A DNA stretch of 64,000 bases from NCBI GenBank assembly GCA_963798085.1, contig CAWCRS010000008.1:1-64000 (forward strand), read 5' to 3'. Source of the DNA: an uncultured Gemmatimonadales bacterium. Its GTDB lineage: Bacteria > Gemmatimonadota > Gemmatimonadetes > Longimicrobiales > RSA9. The position numbers were made by a program, and so were the translations under genes. The notes under the pieces are model-generated. The model was not told the DNA's origin and searched no databases. It saw nothing but the letters and a program-made list of their open reading frames with translations. Positions 51,402-59,929 of this stretch are shown one piece after another. The number at the start of each line of letters is the position of its first letter. Position 1 is the first letter of the stretch.

Positions 51402-53062
51402 GCGCCGGCAGCTCCCGCTACAGATTCAGGCGACGATGCGTGCCGCAGCTGCATCTCGCGCGCGATCATTGCGACGGGCACCGAGCCGAACGACAGGAAT
51501 TCGTCGTGAAAGGCGCGCAGCGTGAAGCGCGCGCCCAGCCGCTGCTGCAGCCCACGGCGCAGCGCATGAATCGCATCCCGGCCGGCCAGATACATGAGGC
51601 CCGTACCCGGAAACATGCTGTTCTTCACCGCTTCGCTGATTGCGGCGGGCTCGCTCATGCCCGTTGCGGCGAGGTAGTACCCGGCCGCGTCCTCGATCGA
51701 CAGCCGGCCGAGATGCATGCGTACATCGACGATCGCGCGGGCACACATGCGCAGCCGGGATTGCAGCTCGGACAGCTGCTCCAGCGGCGTAAGCGCACCG
51801 TGCTCCGCCATCAGGTCGGTGGCATAGCAGGCCCACCCCTCCGCCATGGTGCCGCCGCAGTACATGGCAATGCGCGCGGCGCAGTCCACCGCCGCCACCT
51901 GGCCGATACGCGACGCGGCGCGGTACGCGTGCCAGTTCTGCACGTGATGGCCGATGCCACCGTGATGGATGACGTGGTTGAGCTTGATGACGGCGTCGTT
52001 CGTGGCGCGCAGCAGCTCATGCTGCCGCTCCGGCGCCATGTCTGCATCGATGGGCGTGACCAGATAGTCGTGCACGGGCGGCCGCGCGAAGGTGGCCGGC
52101 GAACGATAGAACAGGAAGTAGAGATCGGGCGCGGCGGCGCGCGCCCATGCCGGCCGCGGCACGTAACGGATGGGGAAGTCCGGCCATGTCAGCAGCGCAT
52201 GCGCTTCCGCGATGCGGCGGACTTCATCCCAGCACGCCTGATAACGCGACAGATAGCCATCCACGGTGGGGTGTGCGCCGGCAAGAGCGGCGAGCGCTTC
52301 GCGCGCAGTTGCGAAGCCCAGTTGGCGGGCGCCGGCCTCCAGCTGCGTGCGCAGCTCGGGCATGCGGGCTTCTGCTTCCGCTGCAATGTCGGTGGCGTCC
52401 TGCTCCAGGAAATGCCCCTCGCGCAACAGCAGCGACAGCATTTCCTCGCCGCAGCCCTGGAAGTCGGCCCGGGGCTCGCGCTGCATGGATTCGAGATGGC
52501 GTGTGTGCTCCGTGAACGCGCGCGCGGCCGTATCGCCGGCCGCGCGCAGGGCTGATGCCTGCGGCGGGTGCACTGCCGCCAGCAGGTCGATGCCTTCCGT
52601 GAAGAACGCGAGCGCGCCGCGGCACTCGCGCAGTGCGCGCTCCGTCCACGGCACGGGCGAGACGCGCACCTGAGCGCGTGCCTGCGCCAGCAGCACAGGA
52701 ATCCCGTGCATGCGTTCGATCGCCGCCTGCAGGCGCTCGCCCACTGGCGCGAAGTCCGACAGCAGCAGCGACATCACGCCGAACACGGCTTCGCCCGTAT
52801 ACAGGCCGGGATTGCCGCGGTGGAAGTACGGCGACTCGAATTCCGCGATCTGCGTGCGCAGCCAGCCCCGCGCCAGCCGTGCGTCCAGCCCGGCCTCGCC
52901 TTCTGAGGAGCGCAGCAGCGTCCGCATTTCGGCGAGCGTGTCGCCCGCGCCGTTCTCCGACCCGTCGGGAAGACGATGGTCGTGCGCGTGCACGCCGATG
53001 AACGTGGCGTTCACCGGTCGTCGCGCGTAGTACGTCCGGAAGAAGTCGTCCAGCCAGCTCAT
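51398..53062 (-). CDS. DUF885 family protein (zincin-like)
   Basis: PVNATFIGVHAHDHRLPD; HHGGIGHHVQ; EGWACYA; RAIVDVRMH; YLAG; LRAFHDEFLSFGSVP. Confidence 0.85.
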   Translation of the reverse strand: MSWLDDFFRTYYARRPVNATFIGVHAHDHRLPDGSENGAGDTLAEMRTLLRSSEGEAGLDARLARGWLRTQIAEFESPYFHRGNPGLYTGEAVFGVMSLLLSDFAPVGERLQAAIERMHGIPVLLAQARAQVRVSPVPWTERALRECRGALAFFTEGIDLLAAVHPPQASALRAAGDTAARAFTEHTRHLESMQREPRADFQGCGEEMLSLLLREGHFLEQDATDIAAEAEARMPELRTQLEAGARQLGFATAREALAALAGAHPTVDGYLSRYQACWDEVRRIAEAHALLTWPDFPIRYVPRPAWARAAAPDLYFLFYRSPATFARPPVHDYLVTPIDADMAPERQHELLRATNDAVIKLNHVIHHGGIGHHVQNWHAYRAASRIGQVAAVDCAARIAMYCGGTMAEGWACYATDLMAEHGALTPLEQLSELQSRLRMCARAIVDVRMHLGRLSIEDAAGYYLAATGMSEPAAISEAVKNSMFPGTGLMYLAGRDAIHALRRGLQQRLGARFTLRAFHDEFLSFGSVPVAMIAREMQLRHASSPESVAGAAGA

Positions 53063-53380
53063 GCGGTTCGGTTCCCCGGCGCGGAGTGCGCGCGCCCGTG
53101 CGGGCGTGGCGTGCTCATCATGGGCGCGCGTCGCGCACGGGGAAAGGCCCGGCAGTCCCCTCTGCCGCGCCGGTTCGCTGCCGCGCCGATTCGCAGGCGC
53201 GAGTCTCGCGCGTCGCGCATTCCTTCTCACGCCCGCGCTGCAGTCCAGCCCGGCAGCAGGCCGCCCACCCCGGCAACGCCCTGCATGCCCGTGCGTCGGT
53301 TGCAGCGCGCGCAGCGCGTGCGCAGGGCGTGAGGGCGCTCATCATCGCCGGGGCCGGGCAGTCGCCCCGGTGGCGTCCTA

Positions 53381-53432
53381 CCCCTTGCAAGTCTATGGCA
53401 GCGTGCCTACCTTACCCTGTCCGATCTATGGG
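53381..53432 (+). promoter_or_regulatory. sigma70 promoter with two candidate PadR operator sites
   Basis: TTGCAA (53385-53390), 17 nt, TACCTT (53408-53413); two related boxes, CCCCTTGCAAGTCTATGG and CCCTGTCCGATCTATGGG, sharing TCTATGG. Confidence 0.6.
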
Positions 53433-53445
53433 AAGGAGCCACGAC

Positions 53446-53799
53446 ATGTTCAGTGACGACCGCGGGCTGCTGCAGGGCACGCTCGAGCTGCTCATCCTCA
53501 AGTCCCTGACCTGGGGACCCATGCATGGCTACGCCGTAGCGAACTGGATCGAGAGTGTGAGCGAGGATGAGCTGCGGGTGGAGGAAGGCTCGCTCTATCC
53601 GGCGCTGCACCGGCTCGAGCGCAAGGACCTGATCGAGGCGGAGTGGGGCGTATCCGAGAACAACCGGCGCGCGAAGTTTTACCGCCTGACGGCCACGGGC
53701 CGGCGCCGTCTGCGCGAGCAGGCAGTGGGCTGGGAGCGTTTCGCGGATGCGGTAGCGAGGGCGCTGAAGACGACGCGCGCACCGGATACGGGGAGGTAG
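53446..53799 (+). CDS. PadR family regulator
   Basis: AAGGAG RBS; LLQGTLELLILKSLTWGPMHGY; EEGSLYPALHRLE; SENNRRAKFYRLT. Confidence 0.94.
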   Translation: MFSDDRGLLQGTLELLILKSLTWGPMHGYAVANWIESVSEDELRVEEGSLYPALHRLERKDLIEAEWGVSENNRRAKFYRLTATGRRRLREQAVGWERFADAVARALKTTRAPDTGR

Positions 53800-53801
53800 T
53801 G

Positions 53802-56495
53802 ATGGACCTGCGTGGCGGGTGGCGGCGTCTGCGCCGGGTGTTCCGGCGGGATGCGCCCAGCGAAGTGGAAGACGAGCTGCGGTTCCATCTGGAAATGCGC
53901 AGTCAGGAATACGAGCGCGGCGGGCTGGACGCGGAGCGCGCCCGCCTGGCGGCGGCGCGGCGCTTCGGCGACGTGGAGGGCGTGCGGCGCCATCTCGAAG
54001 CGATGGGCGATGCCGATCGACGCAGCCGGCGGCGTTTCCAGTGGCGCAGCGAGCTGCGTCAGGATGTGCGCTACGGCGCGCGCATGATCCTGCGCTCCCC
54101 GTTCGTCTTCCTCGTGCTGGTGAGCACGCTGGCGCTGGCCCTGGGCGCGGCCACGGCCGTGTTCAGCATCGTCAATAGCGTGTTAGTGAAGCCGCTGCCC
54201 TACGCCGCGCCCGACCGGCTGGTGCGTCTCTGGGAGATCACGCCGCGAGGCGAGGATCACAATGTGGTGTCGCCCGGGAACTACACGGACTGGCGGGCGC
54301 AGGCCAGGTCCTTCGCGGCGCTGGGCGCGCATTGCCAGCCATACGGTGTGGCGTTGACCGGCGACGGCGACGCCGTGCAGGTCATGATCACGGATGTGAC
54401 CCCATCGGTGCTGACACTGCTGGGCACGGCGCCGGAGCTGGGCAGCCTGTTCACGCAGGCGCAGGCCGACGCCAACGAGCCCGTCATCCTGTTGAGCGAC
54501 CGATTGTGGCGCACGCGTTTCGGCGCGGACCCGCACGTCGTCGGGCACAGCCTCATCCTGAATGCCGTCAGCTACACGGTCATCGGTGTGATGCCGCCGC
54601 ACTTCGACTTTCCCGCGGCATCGGTGGAGCTCTGGCGCGCGGTGGGCCCTGCGCAGGTGGACGTGAACGAGCGCCGCAGCCACAACTGGCTGGTGATCGG
54701 ACGGCTTGCGGACGGCGTGTCTGTGGCGCGGGCGCGCAGCGAGATGCGCGATCTGGCGCGTCGCCAGGCGAGCGCGTATCCCGCGTTCATGACCGGCTGG
54801 AGCATCAACGTGACGCCGCTGCAGGGGGACCTGGTTGCGGCGGTCCGGCCGATGCTGCTGGTGCTGCTGGGTGGCGTCGGGCTGGTGCTGCTCGTGGCGT
54901 GCGGCAACGCGGCGAACCTGCTGCTGGCGCGCGCCGTCACGCGCTCACAGGAAATGGCCGTGCGCGGTGCGCTGGGCGCCGGCCGTTCCCGCCTGCTGCG
55001 GCAGGTGCTCACGGAAAGTCTGCTGCTGGCTCTTACCAGCGGCGTGCTGGGCCTGGCACTGGCGCAGCTGCTGCTGCGCGGCCTGCTCACGCTCGCGCCA
55101 ACGGATCTTCCTCGCCTGCACGATGTGCACCTCGACCTGACGGTACTCGCGTTCGCACTGGCGACGGTGCTGTGCAGCACGCTGTTGTCCGGCATCCTTC
55201 CGGCGCTGCGCCTGGCAGGTACCGAGTTGCAGACGACGCTGCGCGCGGCGGACACGCGCGCCGGTGGGGCGCCGCACGCACGGCTGCGCTCGGCGCTGCT
55301 GGTGGCGGAGATCACGCTGTCGCTCGTGCTCATGGTGGGAGCAGGACTGCTCGTGCGCTCGTCACTGCAGCTGCAGCGCATCGATTACGGCTTTGCCGCG
55401 GGTGGGGGCCTGGCGGCGACGATGCTCGACCTGCCGCACGCACGCTATCGCGATGCGGCGGCGCACAATGCGTTCTACGGGCAGCTCATCGACCGTGTGG
55501 CGCAGCTGCCCGGTGTGGCCAGTGTGGGCGGCACATCCGAACCGCCCGCGATCGGCTACGCCATGACCTTCAGCTTCGCGATCGAGGGACGGCCATCGGC
55601 GAATCCGAGCGGCCGTGAAGATCCGCAGGCGTTGCGCGTGGTAACACCGGATTACTTCCGCACCATGGGCATACCGCTCGTCTCCGGCCGCGTCTTCGAC
55701 GCGCGCGACCGGGACGGTACGCCGCGCGTGATCGTCGTGAACGCGTCGTTCGCCCGTATGTACTGGCCGGGCGAGAATCCGCTGGGCCGGCGCATCAGCC
55801 TGGACCACATTGTCGCAGCGAACGGCCGGGAAGTGAGCGGGCCATGGTGGGAGATCGTCGGCGAGGTCGGTGATACGCGCATCACCGCCGCCGACACGCC
55901 GCCCGTCCCCGCGTTCTACATGCCCTACGCGCAGAAGCCGTGGGCGTGGATGTCGTGGATGGCGCTCATGGTCCGTCCGCTGCCGGGCGTCTCGCCGGAA
56001 GCCGTTGGCACGAGTGTGCGCACCGCGCTCCGCCAGCTGGATGCGGACGTTCCCATCGAGCGCTTCGCCACGGTCGCGCAACTGTACGGCGAAGGCCTGG
56101 CGAGGCGCCGGTTTGCCACGACCGTGCTGGCCGGTTTCGCCGCGGCCGCGCTCCTGCTCGGCATGGTGGGGATGTATGGGGTGCTGGCGTACACCGTGGC
56201 GCAGCGCCGGCGCGAGATCGGCATTCGCGTGGCCCTCGGCGCATCGCGCGGCCTCGTGGTAGGCAGTGTCGTGCGGCACGCGGTGCTGCTCGCGCTGCTG
56301 GGCGTGGCCCTCGGCACGAGCGTATCGCTGGCGCTCACTCGCCTGTTGCGCACGCTGCTCTATCAGGTATCGCCTGCAGACCCGCTCACGTTGACCACGG
56401 TCTCGCTGCTCGTGGTGTTAGTGGCCGCAATGGCGGCGCTGGTGCCGGCGGGACGCGCCGCACGCGTGAGTCCGCTGAGTGTGATCCGCGAGTAG
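53802..56495 (+). CDS. ADOP-type duplicated ABC permease
   Basis: EVEDELRFHLEMR; RRFGD; QDVRYGARMI; RSQEMAVRGALGA; RRREIGIRVALGA. Confidence 0.93.
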   Translation: MDLRGGWRRLRRVFRRDAPSEVEDELRFHLEMRSQEYERGGLDAERARLAAARRFGDVEGVRRHLEAMGDADRRSRRRFQWRSELRQDVRYGARMILRSPFVFLVLVSTLALALGAATAVFSIVNSVLVKPLPYAAPDRLVRLWEITPRGEDHNVVSPGNYTDWRAQARSFAALGAHCQPYGVALTGDGDAVQVMITDVTPSVLTLLGTAPELGSLFTQAQADANEPVILLSDRLWRTRFGADPHVVGHSLILNAVSYTVIGVMPPHFDFPAASVELWRAVGPAQVDVNERRSHNWLVIGRLADGVSVARARSEMRDLARRQASAYPAFMTGWSINVTPLQGDLVAAVRPMLLVLLGGVGLVLLVACGNAANLLLARAVTRSQEMAVRGALGAGRSRLLRQVLTESLLLALTSGVLGLALAQLLLRGLLTLAPTDLPRLHDVHLDLTVLAFALATVLCSTLLSGILPALRLAGTELQTTLRAADTRAGGAPHARLRSALLVAEITLSLVLMVGAGLLVRSSLQLQRIDYGFAAGGGLAATMLDLPHARYRDAAAHNAFYGQLIDRVAQLPGVASVGGTSEPPAIGYAMTFSFAIEGRPSANPSGREDPQALRVVTPDYFRTMGIPLVSGRVFDARDRDGTPRVIVVNASFARMYWPGENPLGRRISLDHIVAANGREVSGPWWEIVGEVGDTRITAADTPPVPAFYMPYAQKPWAWMSWMALMVRPLPGVSPEAVGTSVRTALRQLDADVPIERFATVAQLYGEGLARRRFATTVLAGFAAAALLLGMVGMYGVLAYTVAQRRREIGIRVALGASRGLVVGSVVRHAVLLALLGVALGTSVSLALTRLLRTLLYQVSPADPLTLTTVSLLVVLVAAMAALVPAGRAARVSPLSVIRE

Positions 56496-56691
56496 ATCCG
56501 CCCGTCGGTCCGGGCCGGGGGCCGCGTGAGAACGCACGCCCCGTGTCGCCGGCGTGCGGCCTGATCCCGTCGCGCGGCGCTCACGGCCCCGCCGGCTTGA
56601 CGCGCGTCCGACCAGGGGTTCCCTTCGGCAGGTCCTGCTTCGCCCGGGCGTGCGATGACGCCGGCGAGGGCAGCGCCGACGAGGGGGGTTC

Positions 56692-59127
56692 ATGCTGACT
56701 GCGTGGCTGAAGGATCTGCAGATTGCGGCGAGGGTGCTGCGGCGCTCGCCCGGCTTCGCGATCGTTTCCATCCTGACCGTGGGCATCGCGATCGGCGCCA
56801 ATGCGGCCATCTTCTCGGTCGTGAACGGCGTGATTCTGCGACCGCTGCCGTACACACAGCCGGAGAACCTCTACACCTTCTCGCTGGACGCCACCAAGGG
56901 CGGCGTGCCCGAAATGCCGCTCTCGCCCGCCGGCTACTGGCACTTCCACAACAAGAATCATTCCTTCGAGGACATGGGCAGCTACGTCACCCAGGTGCAG
57001 CCCCTCATCGTCGAAGGCAACGAGCCCGAGCAGATCGACATTGCCGCGGTGTCGGCCAGCGTTTTCACCACGCTCAAGGTCTCGCCGCTGATGGGGCGCC
57101 TGTTCACGCCCGATGAGGACCGGCCCAACGGGCCGCAGCTCGCGATTCTCAGCTACAATCTCTGGCGCACGCGCTTCGGCGGACAACAGTCGGTCCTGGG
57201 CAGGACCATCACGCTCAATGGGGTGCCGCGCGAAGTCATCGGCGTGATGCCGCGCGGCTTCGCGTTCCCGGATCCCAGGACCGCCGTCTGGTTCGCGCTG
57301 CGTCTGGATCCGGCGACGCAGCAGTTCGGCGGTCACTTCCTCACGCCCATCATCCGTCTCAAGCCGGGTGCTTCGGCGGTCGGCGCACTGGCGGACATCA
57401 AGGCGCTCATCCCCCGCCTTTCCGAGGTCGGCTACGGTCCGCAGTGGTTCGGCAACGTGTTCTCGGGGAATGCCAAGGTCGTGAGCCTGCGCGAATCGAT
57501 CGTCGGCAACAGCCAGCGACCGCTCCTGATCGTGTTCGGCGCGCTCGCTGTGGTGTTCCTCATTGCCTGCAGCAACATTGCAAACCTGTTCCTGGTGCGC
57601 ACCAAGACGCGCAACCGCGAGACCGCAGTGCGGCTGGCCATGGGCGCGACCCGCCGCCAGCTGATCCGCTACACCATGGCGGAGAGCAGCATCATTGCGA
57701 TCGCTTCCGGCCTGCTGGGCGTGCTGCTGGCGTACGGGGGCACGCGAACGCTGCTGGCGCTGCAACCCACCGCCATTCCGCGTCTCCAGGAAGTGGGGCT
57801 GAACGGCACCGTGCTGCTGTTCATTGCAGCGATCACGATTCTCGCCAGCGCGATGCTGGGTGTGCTGCCCGCAATACGCGCGGCCGGCGTGCAGGTGTCC
57901 GCGGCACTGCGCGATGGCGGCCGCTCGGCCACGGCGGGTCGCGAGAGCCAGGCCACGCGCGCCCTGCTCGTGGTCACGCAGGTCGCCATGGCGGTGATCC
58001 TGCTCGTGGGTGCGGGCCTCATGGTGCGCACGGCGCAGGCGCTGCGTCGTGTCGATCCCGGCTTCGATCCCGGGGGCGTGCTGACCTTCAACATTGCGCT
58101 GCCGCCTGCCAGTTACCGTCCGGGTGATGCCACGGCTGCCTTCTTCGCGAGTCTGCTCGAGTCCATCAAGGCGATGCCGGGCGTCGAAGCGGCAGGCGGC
58201 ATTGACGCGCTGCCGCTCTCGCAGTCGGGCGCTTTCCTGGCCGTGAACATCGAGGACCACCCGGTGGGTCCCAACGACTTCCCACCCGTATTCCAGGTGC
58301 GCCGCGTAACACCGGGTTATTTCGAGACCATGAAGATCCCGGTCAAGGAAGGCCGCGTATTCGATGCCAGCGATCACGAGGCAAGGCTGGGCACGGTCGT
58401 GGTAAGCAGCGGCCTGGCCAGCCACTACTGGCCTGGCGCATCGGCGCTGGGCCGGCGCATTGCGCCCAGCACGCCGGCCTTCGAGAAGATCGTGGGTGTG
58501 GTCGGCGAGGTGCGGCAGCAGTCGCTGAGCAAGCCGACCGACCAGACCATCTATCTGCCCATGGTCGATTCCGTGGGCGGCGGTGTGGTGCGCATGTCCA
58601 TCGTCGTGCGCACCAGCGGCGATCCGCTGCGTCTGGTACCGGCCATCCGCGCCGAGGTGAATCGGCGCGACCCCAAACTGCCCATTATCGGCATGCAGCG
58701 GCTGCAGGATGCCGTGGCCGACTCCATGGCTGACACGACGTTCACCATGCTGCTGCTGGCCATTGCCGCGGGCATTGCACTGGTGCTCGGCTCGGTGGGC
58801 ATCTACGGCCTGATCGCGTTCATTGTGGGCGAGCGCACGGCCGAGATCGGCACCCGCCTCAGCCTGGGCGCCGAGCCGTTGGCCGTGATGCGCCTGTTCC
58901 TCGGCCAGGCCTGGGCGCTGACCGGCATCGGCATTGGCATTGGCCTGGGCGTGTCCGTCGTGTCTACTCGCCTGTTAGGCCGCCTGCTGTACGGCATCAA
59001 CGCGTTCGACCCGATCACCTGGGTGCTGGCCCCGCTCGTGTTCCTCGCCGTCTCCACCGTGGCCTGCCTGATTCCGGCGAGTCGCGCGGCCGCGGTGGAC
59101 CCGGCCATCGCCCTGCGCCGCAGCTGA
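56692..59127 (+). CDS. ADOP-type duplicated ABC permease
   Basis: KDLQIAARVLRRSPGF; RNRETAVRLAMGA; RTAEIGTRLSLGA; ends PASRAAAVDPAIALRRS. Confidence 0.93.
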   Translation: MLTAWLKDLQIAARVLRRSPGFAIVSILTVGIAIGANAAIFSVVNGVILRPLPYTQPENLYTFSLDATKGGVPEMPLSPAGYWHFHNKNHSFEDMGSYVTQVQPLIVEGNEPEQIDIAAVSASVFTTLKVSPLMGRLFTPDEDRPNGPQLAILSYNLWRTRFGGQQSVLGRTITLNGVPREVIGVMPRGFAFPDPRTAVWFALRLDPATQQFGGHFLTPIIRLKPGASAVGALADIKALIPRLSEVGYGPQWFGNVFSGNAKVVSLRESIVGNSQRPLLIVFGALAVVFLIACSNIANLFLVRTKTRNRETAVRLAMGATRRQLIRYTMAESSIIAIASGLLGVLLAYGGTRTLLALQPTAIPRLQEVGLNGTVLLFIAAITILASAMLGVLPAIRAAGVQVSAALRDGGRSATAGRESQATRALLVVTQVAMAVILLVGAGLMVRTAQALRRVDPGFDPGGVLTFNIALPPASYRPGDATAAFFASLLESIKAMPGVEAAGGIDALPLSQSGAFLAVNIEDHPVGPNDFPPVFQVRRVTPGYFETMKIPVKEGRVFDASDHEARLGTVVVSSGLASHYWPGASALGRRIAPSTPAFEKIVGVVGEVRQQSLSKPTDQTIYLPMVDSVGGGVVRMSIVVRTSGDPLRLVPAIRAEVNRRDPKLPIIGMQRLQDAVADSMADTTFTMLLLAIAAGIALVLGSVGIYGLIAFIVGERTAEIGTRLSLGAEPLAVMRLFLGQAWALTGIGIGIGLGVSVVSTRLLGRLLYGINAFDPITWVLAPLVFLAVSTVACLIPASRAAAVDPAIALRRS

Positions 59128-59203
59128 GGGAGCCGCAGCGGCTGTCGCCGGTGTGCCGCCGTCCATTGCCGGCGACGCACGGAGTGGCGGTATGGCGCGC
59201 CGC

Positions 59204-59638
59204 TCAATGAAGCAGTGGCTTCTGGAACGTGTGGGCGAAACGGTCGCAGCAGGGGTCCGTCAGCTGCAGGCTGAGTGTGCCCGTGACGCGCGCCGTGTCT
59301 TCGTCCAGCGTGTCGAAGTCGAAGAGCTTGAGGGGCGGCGTGAAGGTCAGCACCCATGCGATCGAGCCATCTTCGGCTGTGTCCGGTGAGGCGCTGAAGT
59401 CGGAGGTGAGTGTGTGCTGCTGGTCGCGGTACGCGCGCGCCTGACCGTCGCCGGTCAGCTCGAGGCGCACGTGATAGCCATCGTTGCCGGGTGTGTGCTG
59501 CATGGCCGCGATGCCGCCCACCGAGCTGGTCCACTCCCACGTCCCGGTGTACACACTGTCCAGCACCGGCCCGTCCGCCGAGTCACAGGCGCAGATCAAC
59601 GACGCAGCCGCGATTCGGATCATCCACTGCAAGCGCAC
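59204..59638 (-). CDS. Small lipoprotein of unknown function
   Basis: GAGGAGG RBS before GTG 59638; LICAC lipobox; GTWEWTSSVGGIA; DPCCDRFAHTF. Confidence 0.7.
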   Translation of the reverse strand: MRLQWMIRIAAASLICACDSADGPVLDSVYTGTWEWTSSVGGIAAMQHTPGNDGYHVRLELTGDGQARAYRDQQHTLTSDFSASPDTAEDGSIAWVLTFTPPLKLFDFDTLDEDTARVTGTLSLQLTDPCCDRFAHTFQKPLLH

Positions 59639-59929
59639 GACAGCCTCCTCGCCTCGATCTCCCTGGAGGAACGCCCGGGCGCGGGTCCTGCTAACACAAC
59701 CTGCGAGCCCAGCGCCGGCCTGCCGGGCAGGGCGCCTCCGCATCGGTGTTCCCGCAAGTGCACGGATTGTTCCATCGGATCGGGTTTTCACAGCGCAGGC
59801 GACGACGGGTCCCCCTGCCCGCCCGCGCGCACGCCGCCATGTCGAAGACGGGGCAGGGCTCGTACATTCGGCCCTGTCGGTCCCGCTCACGAGCCTATCC
59901 GCCGCGACCCGCGCGGCGAAAGGAGCGTC

